64,000 bases of DNA, from positions 135,903-199,902 of the forward strand of contig CAWFZC010000021.1 in NCBI GenBank assembly GCA_963820245.1, given 5' to 3'. How positions within the stretch are numbered: position 1 is the first letter of the stretch; each line of letters begins with the position of its first letter. The position numbers and the translations under genes are program-made. Below are positions 31,977 through 42,575 of this stretch, in pieces. The DNA is from an uncultured Acidobacteriaceae bacterium. GTDB taxonomy: Bacteria > Acidobacteriota > Terriglobia > Terriglobales > Acidobacteriaceae. The notes beneath the pieces are model-generated. The model saw only the letters and a list, made by a program, of their open reading frames with translations. It was not told the DNA's origin and ran no database searches.

Positions 31977-33062
31977 TTAGTGGCCGCTGGAAATGCAGAC
32001 GCTCACAACGTCGCTTTGTTCCGGTTTAACGAAGTACCGGCGCTGGAAGTATAAAGCAAGATTCACAAGGGCGATCATCACAGGAACCTCGACCAGGGGC
32101 CCGATCACGGTCGCGAAAGCGGCGCCCGAGTTGATGCCGAATACCGAGACCGCAACCGCAATCGCCAGTTCAAAGTTGTTTGAAGCCGCTGTAAATGCGA
32201 GCGTCGTCGTCTTCGAATAATCAGCTCCCAACTTCCGCGCCATGTAGAAGGACACAAGGAACATGGCGACAAAGTAAATCAGCAGCGGGACTGCAATTCT
32301 CAGCACATCGAGCGGGAGACGCACGATAAAACTGCCCTTCAGCGAGAACATCACGACAATCGTGAACAGCAGGGCCAGCAGCGTAAGCGGGCTGACACGC
32401 GGAACAAAGCTCCGGTCGTACCATTCGCGTCCCTTGGCACGAACGAGTATTGTGCGCGTCAGAAATCCGGCAATGAACGGTATGCCGAGATAGATGAAAA
32501 CGCTGCGGGCGATTTCGCCAATGGAGATGTTCACGACCGCGCCATGCAATCCAAACCAGCCGGGTAGAACCGTGATGAACACCCAGGAATAAGCAGAATA
32601 GAAGAACACCTGGAACAGCGAATTGAACGCCACCAGTCCCGCGGCGTATTGGGTGTCGCCCTTGGCTAGTTCATTCCACACGATCACCATGGCGATGCAG
32701 CGCGCCAGCCCGATCAGGATGAGGCCTGCCATGTACTCGGGATATCCACGCAAAAAGATGACCGCGAGCACGAACATCAACACCGGTCCAATCAGCCAGT
32801 TTTGCAGCAGAGAAAGTCCCAATATGCGCTTGTTGCGGAAGACTTCGTGGAGTTCCTCAAAACGAACCCGCGTGAACGGCGGATACATCATGAGAATGAG
32901 GCCTGCTGCGATTGGAATGGAGGTTGTGCCGATGCTGAAGCGATTGAGAAACGGCACCACTCCGGGAGCCAGCCAGCCAAGTGCGACGCCGAAGGCCATG
33001 GCCGTGAAGATCCAGACGGTGAGATAGCGATCAAGAAATGAGAGACGGTTCTTTGCTTTCAT
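31977..33062 (-). CDS. acr3: Acr3-family arsenite efflux transporter
   Basis: [42 protein letters not shown]. Confidence 0.96.
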   Translation of the reverse strand: MKAKNRLSFLDRYLTVWIFTAMAFGVALGWLAPGVVPFLNRFSIGTTSIPIAAGLILMMYPPFTRVRFEELHEVFRNKRILGLSLLQNWLIGPVLMFVLAVIFLRGYPEYMAGLILIGLARCIAMVIVWNELAKGDTQYAAGLVAFNSLFQVFFYSAYSWVFITVLPGWFGLHGAVVNISIGEIARSVFIYLGIPFIAGFLTRTILVRAKGREWYDRSFVPRVSPLTLLALLFTIVVMFSLKGSFIVRLPLDVLRIAVPLLIYFVAMFLVSFYMARKLGADYSKTTTLAFTAASNNFELAIAVAVSVFGINSGAAFATVIGPLVEVPVMIALVNLALYFQRRYFVKPEQSDVVSVCISSGH

Positions 33063-33562
33063 CGGTCAACCTTATGAGCGCCCAATTCTTCGATTTCCTT
33101 TTGAATGGCAAGTTGTTGGAGCGTGGCGAGGGGCAGCGAGAGAAACAGCCCAATACGCCGGTCGAGGATGGTGTATGCGTCGCGAAAGGCGCGCTCGATC
33201 GCATCAGGCGCGCCCTTCACCGCCGCCGGATCGGACACTCCCCAGTGAGCGGTCATCGGTTGCCCCGGCCAGAAAGGGCAGGCTTCTTTCGCCGCGTTGT
33301 CGCAAACGGTGAAAACATAGTCCATCTTCGGCGCATCCGGGCCGGCGAACTCATCCCAGGATTTGCTGCGAAGCCCGTCCGTCGGAATACCTGAAAGCTC
33401 AAGCTGCTGGAGCGCTCCCGGCCGCACCATACCGACGGGACGGCTGCCGGCGCTGTAGGCCGTGAATGCGCCCTTGCCCTTAAAGTTCAGGATAGCCTCG
33501 GCCAGGATGGAACGTGCGGAGTTGCCCGTGCAAAGGAAGAGGACATTATAGTGAATGAGCAA
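33059..33562 (-). CDS. arsC: Arsenate reductase, LMW-PTP type
   Basis: [28 protein letters not shown]; probable TTG start at 33562, just after the arsJ stop. Confidence 0.92.
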   Translation of the reverse strand: MLIHYNVLFLCTGNSARSILAEAILNFKGKGAFTAYSAGSRPVGMVRPGALQQLELSGIPTDGLRSKSWDEFAGPDAPKMDYVFTVCDNAAKEACPFWPGQPMTAHWGVSDPAAVKGAPDAIERAFRDAYTILDRRIGLFLSLPLATLQQLAIQKEIEELGAHKVDR

Positions 33563-33563
33563 G

Positions 33564-34799
33564 TTACTCAGCTCCTTCCACTGCGACGTCAAGCTGAACA
33601 GGGTTGCCTCGGGGCAGTCCCAGCGAAATAACCGCAGCGATCAAAACCATTGCCGCAGAGCCCCAGAGGCAACCGGTGAACCCAGCAGCTTGGAAGATGA
33701 GCCCCGACAGCAAGGTGCCGAGCAGACGGCCTCCCGCATTCGCCATGTAATAGAACCCGACGTTGACGGCAACGCTGTCTTCATCTGTGTAGGCGAGCAC
33801 CAGGTAGGAGTGCACCGCGGAGTTGATGGCAAAAAGAACGGCGAAGGCGGCGAGCCCGACCATCAACGAAATGCTGGGATTGAGTCCGAAGTGGAGTGCG
33901 CCGATGAGAGCGAGAGGAGCAATCAGCAAAATGAAGGCCCAATGCTGCGCCGCGGGACCATCTACTTTTTCTCTTCCGATGGAGCGAAGAATATCCGGAA
34001 CGAAAGCTTGAATGATGCCGTAGCCAATGAACCAGAGGGCAATGAAAGCGCCCACGCCGGAGAAGGACCAACCGAGCTGCGAGAGGAATACCGGAAGCCC
34101 TACGACGAACCAGACATCGCGGGCCCCGAACAGAAAAATTCTGGCCGCAGAGAGCCAATTGATTGCCGGGCTCTTTGAAAAGAGCGCCGTGAATTTGACT
34201 TTCTTTTTCGAGCGACCAATCTCCGGCGGCAAAGCGACAACGGTGCCGAGGAGCACAACCACGAGTCCCGCCGCCATCGCAACCAGTGCGCCGATGAAGC
34301 CGAGCGCAGCAAGCAGGACACTGCCTACAAAAAAGCCTGCGCCCTTGAGCGCATTCTTCGAGCCGGTGAGACGAGAGACCCATTTGAAGAGAGTGCTTCC
34401 GGTGTCGTCGGGAACCACGACCTTGATGGCGCTCTTGGCGCTCATCTTGGTCAGGTCCTTGGCGATTCCTGAGAGCGCCTGTGCCGCCATGACATACGTA
34501 ACCGACAAAACACGGGGCCACGAAGGATGCAACAACGCCAGCATCAGTAATGCGAAGATCTGGAGCGCCAATCCTCCATACAGGGTGGTCTTCAGGCCCG
34601 ACCGGGAAGCAATCCAACCGCCGAGAAGATTGGTAACGATGCCGAAGAACTCATAGAAGAGGAAGAGAAAGGCGATGGTGACGTCGCTGTAGCCGAGCTT
34701 GTAGAAGTGCAGGACGACGAGCATGCGCAGCGCGCCGTCGGTGATCGTAAATCCCCAATAGGCGAGTGTGACGAGCGCATAGCTGCGAATGCCGTTCAC
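33564..34799 (-). CDS. arsJ: Organoarsenical efflux MFS transporter ArsJ
   Basis: YWGFTITDGALRMLV, SGIAKDLTKMSAKS, LTGSKNALKG, VGFYYMANA; lies downstream of a GAPDH. Confidence 0.93.
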   Translation of the reverse strand: MNGIRSYALVTLAYWGFTITDGALRMLVVLHFYKLGYSDVTIAFLFLFYEFFGIVTNLLGGWIASRSGLKTTLYGGLALQIFALLMLALLHPSWPRVLSVTYVMAAQALSGIAKDLTKMSAKSAIKVVVPDDTGSTLFKWVSRLTGSKNALKGAGFFVGSVLLAALGFIGALVAMAAGLVVVLLGTVVALPPEIGRSKKKVKFTALFSKSPAINWLSAARIFLFGARDVWFVVGLPVFLSQLGWSFSGVGAFIALWFIGYGIIQAFVPDILRSIGREKVDGPAAQHWAFILLIAPLALIGALHFGLNPSISLMVGLAAFAVLFAINSAVHSYLVLAYTDEDSVAVNVGFYYMANAGGRLLGTLLSGLIFQAAGFTGCLWGSAAMVLIAAVISLGLPRGNPVQLDVAVEGAE

Positions 34800-34811
34800 G
34801 TGGCGAACTCC

Positions 34812-35827
34812 TTAAGCCCTTGCCGGAAGCAACGCGGCGATTTTTGCTGCCAGCTCAACCATGCGGTTTGCGTAGCCCCACTCGTTGTCGTACCAGGCGA
34901 GAATCTTGACCTGGGTGCCGTCGATAACCATGGTCGAAAGCGCGTCAATGATGGAGGAGCGCGGGTCATTGAGGAAGTCGACGGAGACCAGGGGCCTGGT
35001 TTCGTATCCCAGGATGCCGGCAAGCTCACCCTCTGCCGCGGCTTTCAAAAGCCGGTTGACCTCATCGACTGTCGTGGGCCGTTCCACCTCAAAAACGCAA
35101 TCGGTCAGGGATGCGTTCAAGAGCGGGACGCGCACAGCGACGCCATTCAACTTGCCCTGAAGTTCCGGATAGATGAGTGTGATGGCTGTCGCGGAGCCGG
35201 TAGTCGTGGGAACAAGAGAGGCGAGCGCCGACCGTGCGCGGCGAAGATCCTTATGTGGAGCATCGACAATCGTCTGCGTGTTGGTGACATCGTGAATCGT
35301 TGTGATGAGGCCGTGACGTATGCCCAGCCCCTCGTGGATCACCTTGACGATGGGAGCAAGGCAGTTGGTGGTACACGATGCTGCCGTGATAATGTCATGT
35401 TTTTCCGGGTCGTAGAGGTGGTCGTTGACGCCCATGACGAGATTAAGCGCGCCCTGCTTCACCGGCGCCGCGACGAGAACCTTTCTGACGCCGCGTTTGA
35501 AGTAGGGCTCAGCGTTTCCGGGGTCAGCATCTTCCCGCTGCATTCAAGCACAAGGTCGACAGCCGAGGATTCCCAGGGGACATCGCCGGGCTGAGACGCA
35601 TCAGTAAATGCAATCTCGTGATTCTCGACGTAGAAACTATCGTGGCTCGATTCGATGCGCTTCAGCCACTTTCCATGCACGCTGTCGAACTCAAGGAGAT
35701 GCGCAGCGGTCTGTGGGCCGCCCTTCAGCTCATTGATGTGCACAATGGAAAGATCGTCACGGCCCCAAGCCGCGCGAAAGGCCAGCCTACCGATGCGCCC
35801 GAATCCGTTGATACCAATACGTGTCAT
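34812..35827 (-). CDS. gap: ArsJ-associated glyceraldehyde-3-phosphate dehydrogenase (-1 frameshift at ~35506 as sequenced)
   Basis: [11 protein letters not shown]-terminal half (ORF 35459-35827) plus [11 protein letters not shown]...WYDNEWGY half (ORF 34812-35543); adding one C restores LSPYFKRGV. Confidence 0.92.
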
Positions 35828-35893
35828 ATGACCTCATACTCCAGGGGTTGAAAACTCCGGATACCAGTTCGATGAAACTGCCGGCTATGATGC

Positions 35894-36767
35894 TTATTCC
35901 CCTACAGTTGTGAGAGAAGGCGCACAGCAACCCGGCGCGCAGCAGGCGAGCTTTGGGCTTGCCGGCGCGAATGAAGGCGCTGAAAAACTTGCCGTTGACC
36001 TGGGGAGCGATGGCATCGACGTCAACGCCTGCCTCGGTAAGGAACTGGCGGGCGTCTTCGACGTTGTATTCGCGCGTTGGTTCGATGGAAATGCCGTCGA
36101 ATCCGGCGGCGCTCAATTTGGCCAGGTACTCGTTTTCTTCGAGAGCGCCGGCGATGCATCCGACCCAAAGCAGCATGCTAGCGCGCACGGCATCGGGGAC
36201 GGAACCGCGGACCACAACATCGGAGACTGCAAAGCGGCCGCCGGGCTTGAGCACGCGGAAGGCTTCGCGCAGGACACGATCCTTGTCGGCAGAGAGATTG
36301 ATGACGCAGTTGGAGATGATGACATCAACGGAGTTGTTGGGCAGGGGAATGTTCTCGATTTCTCCCCTGAGGAACTCGACGTTGGTGACGCCCGCCTGGC
36401 GCTGATTTTCGCGGGCCAGGGCGAGCATGTCGTCAGTCATGTCGAGGCCGTAAGCTTTGCCGGTTTCGCCGACGCGGCTGGCGGAGAGCAGGACGTCAAT
36501 GCCGCCTCCTGAGCCGAGGTCAAGCACCGTCTCGCCGGGCCGAAGTTCGGCGAGCGCCGTGGGATTGCCACAGCCAAGAGAGGCGCGGACAGCATTCTCA
36601 GGGACGATTCCGGTCTGGTCGGCGCTGTAGAGGTTGGTGGTGATAGGGTCGCAGCAACGAAGACCGGGGTCGCAGCAAGCCTTCACGCTGCCGGACTCTG
36701 CAACGGCGCGGGCTGCGCTGCCATACTTTTGCTTAACCTGCTCCTGAACAGTGTTTGTAGAATTCAT
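35894..36767 (-). CDS. arsM: Arsenite S-adenosylmethionine methyltransferase (+1 frameshift near 35950 as sequenced)
   Basis: [31 protein letters not shown]; the natural tail [17 protein letters not shown] lies in the shifted frame and ends at 35894. Confidence 0.93.
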
Positions 36768-36781
36768 GATGGCGTCTCCTC

Positions 36782-36826
36782 ACATACGCTAAGGCGAATG
36801 TATTCGCCGATGGACATATCTGTCAA
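36782..36826 (-). promoter_or_regulatory. arsM operon promoter with overlapping ArsR-type operator
   Basis: Minus strand TTGACA (36826-36821)-N18-TACATT (36802-36797); inverted repeat ACATACGC-TAAG-GCGAATGT at 36782-36801. Confidence 0.65.
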
Positions 36827-36844
36827 GACGTATATTATGGAAAT

Positions 36845-37261
36845 GTGAGAGGCTCCCCGAAGACCTATAACCTGGCGCTGCTGTTTGCGGCGCTGAGCGA
36901 CCCGACACGGCTGCGGCTGCTGAACCTGATGGATGGCCGGGAGGTGTGCGTCTGTTACTTTGTGGAGATTCTTGAGCAGGGCCAGCCCAAGATTTCGCGG
37001 CACCTGGCCTACCTGAGACGCGCGGGCATTGTTGCGGCGCGTCGCGAAGGCAAATGGGTTCACTACCGGATGATGGCGCCCCGAGACGACGGAGCGGCGC
37101 GGATTTTGAGCGAGACGCTGGTGGCGCTGCGGAGCGAAAAGACGATGCAGGCGGACCTGGAGCGCTTCAGGAAGGCATGTTGCGCACCGCGGAAGGCGAC
37201 GGTGCTGGTGGATGCACCCTTGCCGGTCGTCGTGGAAGCGGTGGGCTGCTGTGTCGATTAA
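36845..37261 (+). CDS. arsR: ArsR/SmtB family repressor
   Basis: FAALSDPTRLRLL, EVCVC, ISRHLAYLRRAG, C-terminal CC pairs; divergent from the ars operon. Confidence 0.93.
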   Translation: MRGSPKTYNLALLFAALSDPTRLRLLNLMDGREVCVCYFVEILEQGQPKISRHLAYLRRAGIVAARREGKWVHYRMMAPRDDGAARILSETLVALRSEKTMQADLERFRKACCAPRKATVLVDAPLPVVVEAVGCCVD

Positions 37262-37730
37262 TTTGATGGGTTGCGGAGAGTAGACGGGCGGGCCGCGGTT
37301 GGCGGATGTGCGGTTGGCAGATTTTGGGCAGAAAAACACCCCCGAAGGAATACGTCACCTCGGAGGCGCCTGTATTGCTACAAGTGAATAACGGGGACCA
37401 GTAGCCGGCACTGGAGGTCGGTAGCGCGCGGCTACTGGTGATCCCTATACAAACGAAGCTAGCCGCGGCTTCCCCTTTCCACTGCTGCCTCGTGTCGCCC
37501 GGCTCTAAGAGAGTTTTCTTACTCACTCTCTGAACCATGTTGACAATCGAAGTTTCTCCCATAAGGAAATACCAGACGGTGACGGCCGTCACACATGTGA
37601 GTTGAGCCGTTTCGAGGCAGGTTCTGACGTCAAAATAGCTCCTCTCTGAGCGCCTCTCCGGCTGTCTTACAACTGGCATGCATCACGCGGCAAACCGCAG
37701 TTCGACAGCGTTTTCGCTTGCGCTACAAGA

Positions 37731-37759
37731 TTGACAAACACGGCGCATCGCCCGACAAT
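37731..37759 (+). promoter_or_regulatory. Putative sigma70 promoter of purC
   Basis: TTGACA-N17-GACAAT. Confidence 0.6.
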
Positions 37760-37795
37760 CGGAGATTCAGTTTGTCAAAAGCAAGGACCCCTCCC

Positions 37796-38689
37796 GTGAC
37801 CGCTCTGCTCACCACCAATTTAGGCGACACTCCGCTGCTTGGGCGGGGAAAAGTGCGCGACCTCTACGCAGTGGTTGATGCATTGCTGCTGGTCGCTACC
37901 GATCGCATTTCGGCGTTCGATCATGTGCTGGGCACAGGTATTCCGGGCAAGGGCAAAATCCTCACGCAGATCTCGCTGTTCTGGTTTGACCTGCTGAAGG
38001 AAGTCGTGCCGAACCACATCCTTACCGCCAAGGTGGCGGAATATCCCGCGGCGCTGCAGCCGTTCGCCGATCAGTTGGAAGGCCGCTCCATGCTGGTGCG
38101 CCGCGCAAGCATGTTTCCTGTGGAGTGCGTTGCGCGGGGCTACCTGGCCGGGTCGGGATGGAAAGAATACAAGGCGGCGGGAACCGTGTGCGGCATCGCG
38201 CTGCCCGCCGGGCTACAGGATGGTTCAAAGTTGCCCGAGCCGGTGTTCACGCCCGCGACCAAGAGCCAGGACGGAGAGCACGACGAAAATATTTCCTTCG
38301 AGGCGACCGAAAAAATAATCGGCAAAAGCGATGCTGCGGAGTTGCGCCGGCTGACTCTAGCCATCTATGGCAAGGCGCACCGGCACGCGCAATCATGCGG
38401 GCTGATTTTGGCTGACACAAAATTCGAGTTTGGCCAAACTGACGAAGGAATTATCCTTGCAGATGAAGTTCTGACGCCGGACTCTTCCCGTTTTTGGGAA
38501 GCCTCAGCCTGGAAGCCGGGCGGGGCGCAGGCCTCGTTTGACAAGCAATACGTGCGAGATTATCTCGAGACCATCCATTGGAACAAGCAGGCCCCGGCAC
38601 CATCGCTTCCAGCCGATGTGGTGGAGCGGACACAGGCCAAATACCTTGAGGCGTTCCGCCGGTTGACGCGGCGCGAACTGAGTTTATGA
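37796..38689 (+). CDS. purC: SAICAR synthase
   Basis: RGKVRDLY, TDRISAFD, ECVARGYLAGSGW, ADTKFEFG, DEVLTPDSSRFW; likely start GTG 37796. Confidence 0.96.
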   Translation: MTALLTTNLGDTPLLGRGKVRDLYAVVDALLLVATDRISAFDHVLGTGIPGKGKILTQISLFWFDLLKEVVPNHILTAKVAEYPAALQPFADQLEGRSMLVRRASMFPVECVARGYLAGSGWKEYKAAGTVCGIALPAGLQDGSKLPEPVFTPATKSQDGEHDENISFEATEKIIGKSDAAELRRLTLAIYGKAHRHAQSCGLILADTKFEFGQTDEGIILADEVLTPDSSRFWEASAWKPGGAQASFDKQYVRDYLETIHWNKQAPAPSLPADVVERTQAKYLEAFRRLTRRELSL

Positions 38690-38705
38690 AGATGCGGAGC
38701 GCGGC

Positions 38706-39245
38706 ATGACATGGGTGGATTGGGCGATCGTTTTTGTGCTCGCGGTATCGATCGTGGGTGGCCTGACGCAGGGCCTGCTCCGTTCTGTCTGCTCGCTGGC
38801 AGGCTTGATTCTGGGCCTTGTGGCAGCGGCCTGGAACTATGGCCGCGCCGGCGGACTTCTGCTGCCCATGGTGCACAACGAAACCCTTGCAGATGCGATC
38901 GGATTTCTCCTGATTGCGATCCTGGTGATGTTCGTCGCAAATATTTTCGGCTCGGTGATGTCGCGCGCCGTGCACAGGATGGGCCTTGGCTGTCTTGACC
39001 GGATTGCCGGAGGCGCCTTCGGGTTTTTGCAGGGAGCGTTGTTGGTCACGCTCGTCATACTGGTGGTTGTAGTCTTTTTTCCGCAGGCACATTGGCTCGC
39101 GGAAGCCAGGCTGCCCAGGTTTTTCTTTGGTGTCCTGCACCTGAGCGCGAAGGTCAGCCCGACCGAACTTGCGGATCGCGTACGCAACGGATTGCAGATG
39201 ATGGAGCAACATGCTCCGCAATGGATGCACCCCGGAGCGAGCTAA
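38706..39245 (+). CDS. cvpA: CvpA family membrane protein
   Basis: MTWVDWAI..., LDRIAGGAFG, four TM segments, purine-operon context. Confidence 0.85.
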   Translation: MTWVDWAIVFVLAVSIVGGLTQGLLRSVCSLAGLILGLVAAAWNYGRAGGLLLPMVHNETLADAIGFLLIAILVMFVANIFGSVMSRAVHRMGLGCLDRIAGGAFGFLQGALLVTLVILVVVVFFPQAHWLAEARLPRFFFGVLHLSAKVSPTELADRVRNGLQMMEQHAPQWMHPGAS

Positions 39246-39306
39246 ATTTGATATAAACAAATGCAGACTAAAAAGCGATAAGATGCAGCATTGAAGAATT
39301 GAAGAG

Positions 39307-39600
39307 GTGGACGTGAAACGAGAACTGGATAGCCTGGTTACGCAAATGCACTCAAGCGGCATTCCCTACGAGGAGGCCGTGCGCGAGTTCAAGAGACAAT
39401 ACCTGCGCGAAGTGCTGGTCGCACACCGGGGGAACCAGTGCAAGGCGGCTGAAGAGCTGGGCATGCACCGCAATACGCTGAGCCGCGCCATGGCAGAGTT
39501 GGGGTTGGAACTCGCCGAAGTGCGCACCGGGCTCAAGCGTCCTGTGCGCAGCGAACGTCCTGTGTTAGGCGCCTTCCGCCAGAACTATCGCCAGGGATGA
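39307..39600 (+). CDS. Small Fis-type helix-turn-helix protein
   Basis: GNQCKAAEELGMHRNTL, an HTH_8-like motif. Confidence 0.85.
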   Translation: MDVKRELDSLVTQMHSSGIPYEEAVREFKRQYLREVLVAHRGNQCKAAEELGMHRNTLSRAMAELGLELAEVRTGLKRPVRSERPVLGAFRQNYRQG

Positions 39601-39633
39601 GGCGAAGGCCCGGGCGGCGCAGTTCAACTTGAG

Positions 39634-40371
39634 ATGCTGACAACTCCACCGAGCCAGGAATCGCGCGTCGCCCTCATGCCAGGTTTTACCTGGGATCAGC
39701 AAGATGCTTATTTATTTGACATCGACGGCACGCTGCTGCGAAGCCGCGACCGCATCCACTTTAACGCCTTTGCCACGAGCGTTCAGCGGATCACGGGATT
39801 CGAGGTAAGCCTGGCCGGCGTCCCGGTTCACGGCAGCACAGACACAGCGATTCTGGCGGATGCGTGCCGCCAGGCCGGGATTCCGACAGAAATCATGCAG
39901 CAGCACACCGAGGCGATTCTTGAGGCCATGCGCGAAGTAGTTGCCGAGCATCGCAACGAGATGGACCTGCTGCTGATGCCGGGCATAAAGCAGGCACTCA
40001 GCCACTTGGCGGCGAAGGGCGCGCTGCTGGGAGTGGCAACCGGTAATCTTGAGGCCATTGGCTGGATCAAAATTGAGCAGGCCGGCCTGCGCGAGTGGTT
40101 TCGCTTCGGCGGATTCAGCGATCACTTTGCCATTCGCTCAGAACTGATCGGGCATGCCGCTCGCAAGGCCAGAGAGTTGGCCGGAGAGGGCGCAACGGTC
40201 TGCGTGGTGGGCGACACGCCGCGCGACATTGAGGCGGCGCGGGCGAATTCGCTGCCGGTAATCGCGGTGGCCACCGGAAATTTCAGCTTTGTTGAATTGC
40301 ACAAGCTTGAGCCGGAGGCCTGCGCGTCGTCGCTTGCTGACCTGTTGGCACTGACGCAGGCCGCAACGTGA
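39634..40371 (+). CDS. HAD-superfamily hydrolase
   Basis: LFDIDGTLL, VATGN, VGDTPRDI. Confidence 0.9.
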   Translation: MLTTPPSQESRVALMPGFTWDQQDAYLFDIDGTLLRSRDRIHFNAFATSVQRITGFEVSLAGVPVHGSTDTAILADACRQAGIPTEIMQQHTEAILEAMREVVAEHRNEMDLLLMPGIKQALSHLAAKGALLGVATGNLEAIGWIKIEQAGLREWFRFGGFSDHFAIRSELIGHAARKARELAGEGATVCVVGDTPRDIEAARANSLPVIAVATGNFSFVELHKLEPEACASSLADLLALTQAAT

Positions 40372-42317
40372 AGCGGCGCCGGTCCAATGCGGCATCAGGC
40401 AGTGCAATGCATCCGCTGATGCCTGCGTGGCTCAGGCTGCCTGCAGCGGCGCTCCTGCTGGCCTTCCTGCCCCTGGGAGGGCATGCTCAAGCGTCAACCG
40501 CGGGCCAGGGCGCAGCAGGTGCGGGCGACATGGCAAAGCTTCCCCGCGACAGCGACCGGCGGCACGCGGCCAAGCTCTACCTGAGCGCCAGCAAGCTCTT
40601 CATGGACGAGCGCTATGAGGACGCAATTCACGACTACGACGAGGCCGCAAGGCTTGATCCGACCAATGCGGATTACCGGCTGGCCGGCGGAATTGCGCGC
40701 AGCCACGCGGTGACGGCGCTGATCCAAACCGCTGCCAAGGACCGGCTACGGGGAGACGAGGCGGACGCACGCACAGCGCTGGCAAAGGCTCTGCAGATCG
40801 ATCCCAAGAGCATTGAGGCCACGCAGCACCTGTATGAACTAGGCGACGATGCCGCTCGCATGCAGCCCACCTCACTCTACGAGCAGAGTTCCAACGGCGC
40901 AGGCGGGCGAATCGAACTTGCGCCCGACGCCGGCGTCAAGAGTTTCCATGTGCGCGCCGACCAGCGCCAACTGGTTCAACAGGTCTTCAAGGCTTACGGC
41001 ATCAGCGCCACGGTTGACGACAGCGTGCAATCCAAATTGGCTCGATTCGACATTGACAACGTCGCCTTCGACGAGGCCGCAAGCGCGCTTGCGCTCGTTA
41101 CCCATTCGTTTTACGTGGCGATCGATGCGCACCGGGTATTGGCGGCTGCCGACACCCGGGAGAATCGCCTGCAGTTCACGCGGCAGGAGATGGAGACCAT
41201 CTATCTCTCCGGCCTCACCACGGAAGAAATGACGGAAGTGACCAACCTGGGCAAGCAGGTATTCAATCTGCAGCAGGCGGTGGCCGAGCCCAGCGCGGGC
41301 TCCATCACCATTCGCGCGCCCGCAGACAAGGTTGAGGCCTTCAACTCCACCGTACGCTCGCTGATCGACGGCCACAGCCAGGTCGTGCTGGATGTGCGGC
41401 TCATTCAGATTGCCCACACGAGCAACCGCAATACGGGCGTGCAACCGCCGCAGAGTTTTTCAGCATTCAATGTCTACGCCGAAGAACAATCCATTCTGAA
41501 CGCCAACCAGAGCCAGGTTCAGCAGATTGTTTCGTCGGGCCTGGCGGCTCCGGGCGACACGCTGGCCATTCTTGGCATCCTGCTTGCGTCGGGCCAGGTG
41601 TCAAGCTCGCTTTTCCAGAACGGGATCGCCCTGTTCGGCGGCGGGATTACGCAGTCGGCCCTGGCGCCCGGCGCAGCGACGGCAAACTTCAACCTCAACT
41701 CTTCTGACTCGCGCGAACTCGACCAGGTCCAGTTGCGCCTGGGCGACGGCCAGGCAGGAACGCTGAAGGAAGGCGAGCGCTACCCGATCCAGACCTCCTC
41801 GTTTTCCAGCTTGTCGGCCAGCGTTCCCAACATTCCGGGACTCACCGGAGCGGGCGCATCCGGCAGTCTCTCTTCCCTGCTCGCTTCGCTGGGAGGATCG
41901 GTTCCCTCGGTTCCGCAGGTGGAGTATCAGGACCTGGGCCTGACGCTCAAGGCGACGGCGAACGTGATGCGCAACGACCTTGTGGCGCTTACGTTGGACA
42001 TCCAGATCAGCGCACTTTCCGGATCGTCGATCAACGGCAATCCAATCCTCAACAACCGCTCGTACTCCGGCGTGGTGACGATCAAGAATGGCGAAGCGGT
42101 GGTGGTGGCCAGCGAGCTGGACAAATCGGAGATGCGCAACATCAGCGGAACGCCGGGACTGAGTGAAATTCCTGGGCTGAACAACATGACGGATAAAGAT
42201 AATCAGAAGAACTACGCGACGTTGCTGATCATCATTACGCCGCACGTGGTGCGCGGCACGCAGGCCAGCGGGCACTCGCCTATGATGCGCGTGGAGCGGG
42301 GCGCGGGAACGCAGTAA
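40368..42317 (+). CDS. Secretin (type II/III secretion GspD-like) with N-terminal TPR repeats
   Basis: Signal peptide, TPR-like helices, GERYPI, YQDLGLTLK, GLSEIPGL, LIIITPHVVR. Confidence 0.85.
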   Translation: MKRRRSNAASGSAMHPLMPAWLRLPAAALLLAFLPLGGHAQASTAGQGAAGAGDMAKLPRDSDRRHAAKLYLSASKLFMDERYEDAIHDYDEAARLDPTNADYRLAGGIARSHAVTALIQTAAKDRLRGDEADARTALAKALQIDPKSIEATQHLYELGDDAARMQPTSLYEQSSNGAGGRIELAPDAGVKSFHVRADQRQLVQQVFKAYGISATVDDSVQSKLARFDIDNVAFDEAASALALVTHSFYVAIDAHRVLAAADTRENRLQFTRQEMETIYLSGLTTEEMTEVTNLGKQVFNLQQAVAEPSAGSITIRAPADKVEAFNSTVRSLIDGHSQVVLDVRLIQIAHTSNRNTGVQPPQSFSAFNVYAEEQSILNANQSQVQQIVSSGLAAPGDTLAILGILLASGQVSSSLFQNGIALFGGGITQSALAPGAATANFNLNSSDSRELDQVQLRLGDGQAGTLKEGERYPIQTSSFSSLSASVPNIPGLTGAGASGSLSSLLASLGGSVPSVPQVEYQDLGLTLKATANVMRNDLVALTLDIQISALSGSSINGNPILNNRSYSGVVTIKNGEAVVVASELDKSEMRNISGTPGLSEIPGLNNMTDKDNQKNYATLLIIITPHVVRGTQASGHSPMMRVERGAGTQ

Positions 42318-42325
42318 GGGAAAAG

Positions 42326-42468
42326 CAGGGATTAAGGATTAGGCATTAGCCACCCCACCGACAAAGACCCGTCGTCGGGGACCCCGGCAGGGATTAGAAA
42401 AAAGGCTCGAGGGGGAGTGGGCTCTTTCCCACTCATCCCGGCAAAGATCGCCGGGATGAATGGGGCAC
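42326..42468. repeat. Heptamers plus REP family B copy
   Basis: CAGGGAT TAAGGAT TAGGCAT TAG; 42423-42468 is identical to 21194-21239. Confidence 0.85.
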
Positions 42469-42495
42469 GGAGCGAATGGGGGAATCAAATTCACG

Positions 42496-42540
42496 AAAAA
42501 ATCCGGCGCCAACCTTGAATCGGTGGCGCCGGACTTCTTT
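42496..42540 (-). terminator. Terminator-like hairpin downstream of the dsbA-family gene
   Basis: TCCGGCGCCA...TGGCGCCGGA stem flanked by A and T runs. Confidence 0.6.
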
Positions 42541-42575
42541 GTTGTACCTATCTTTACGGGGCTTGTCTCCCCTTC

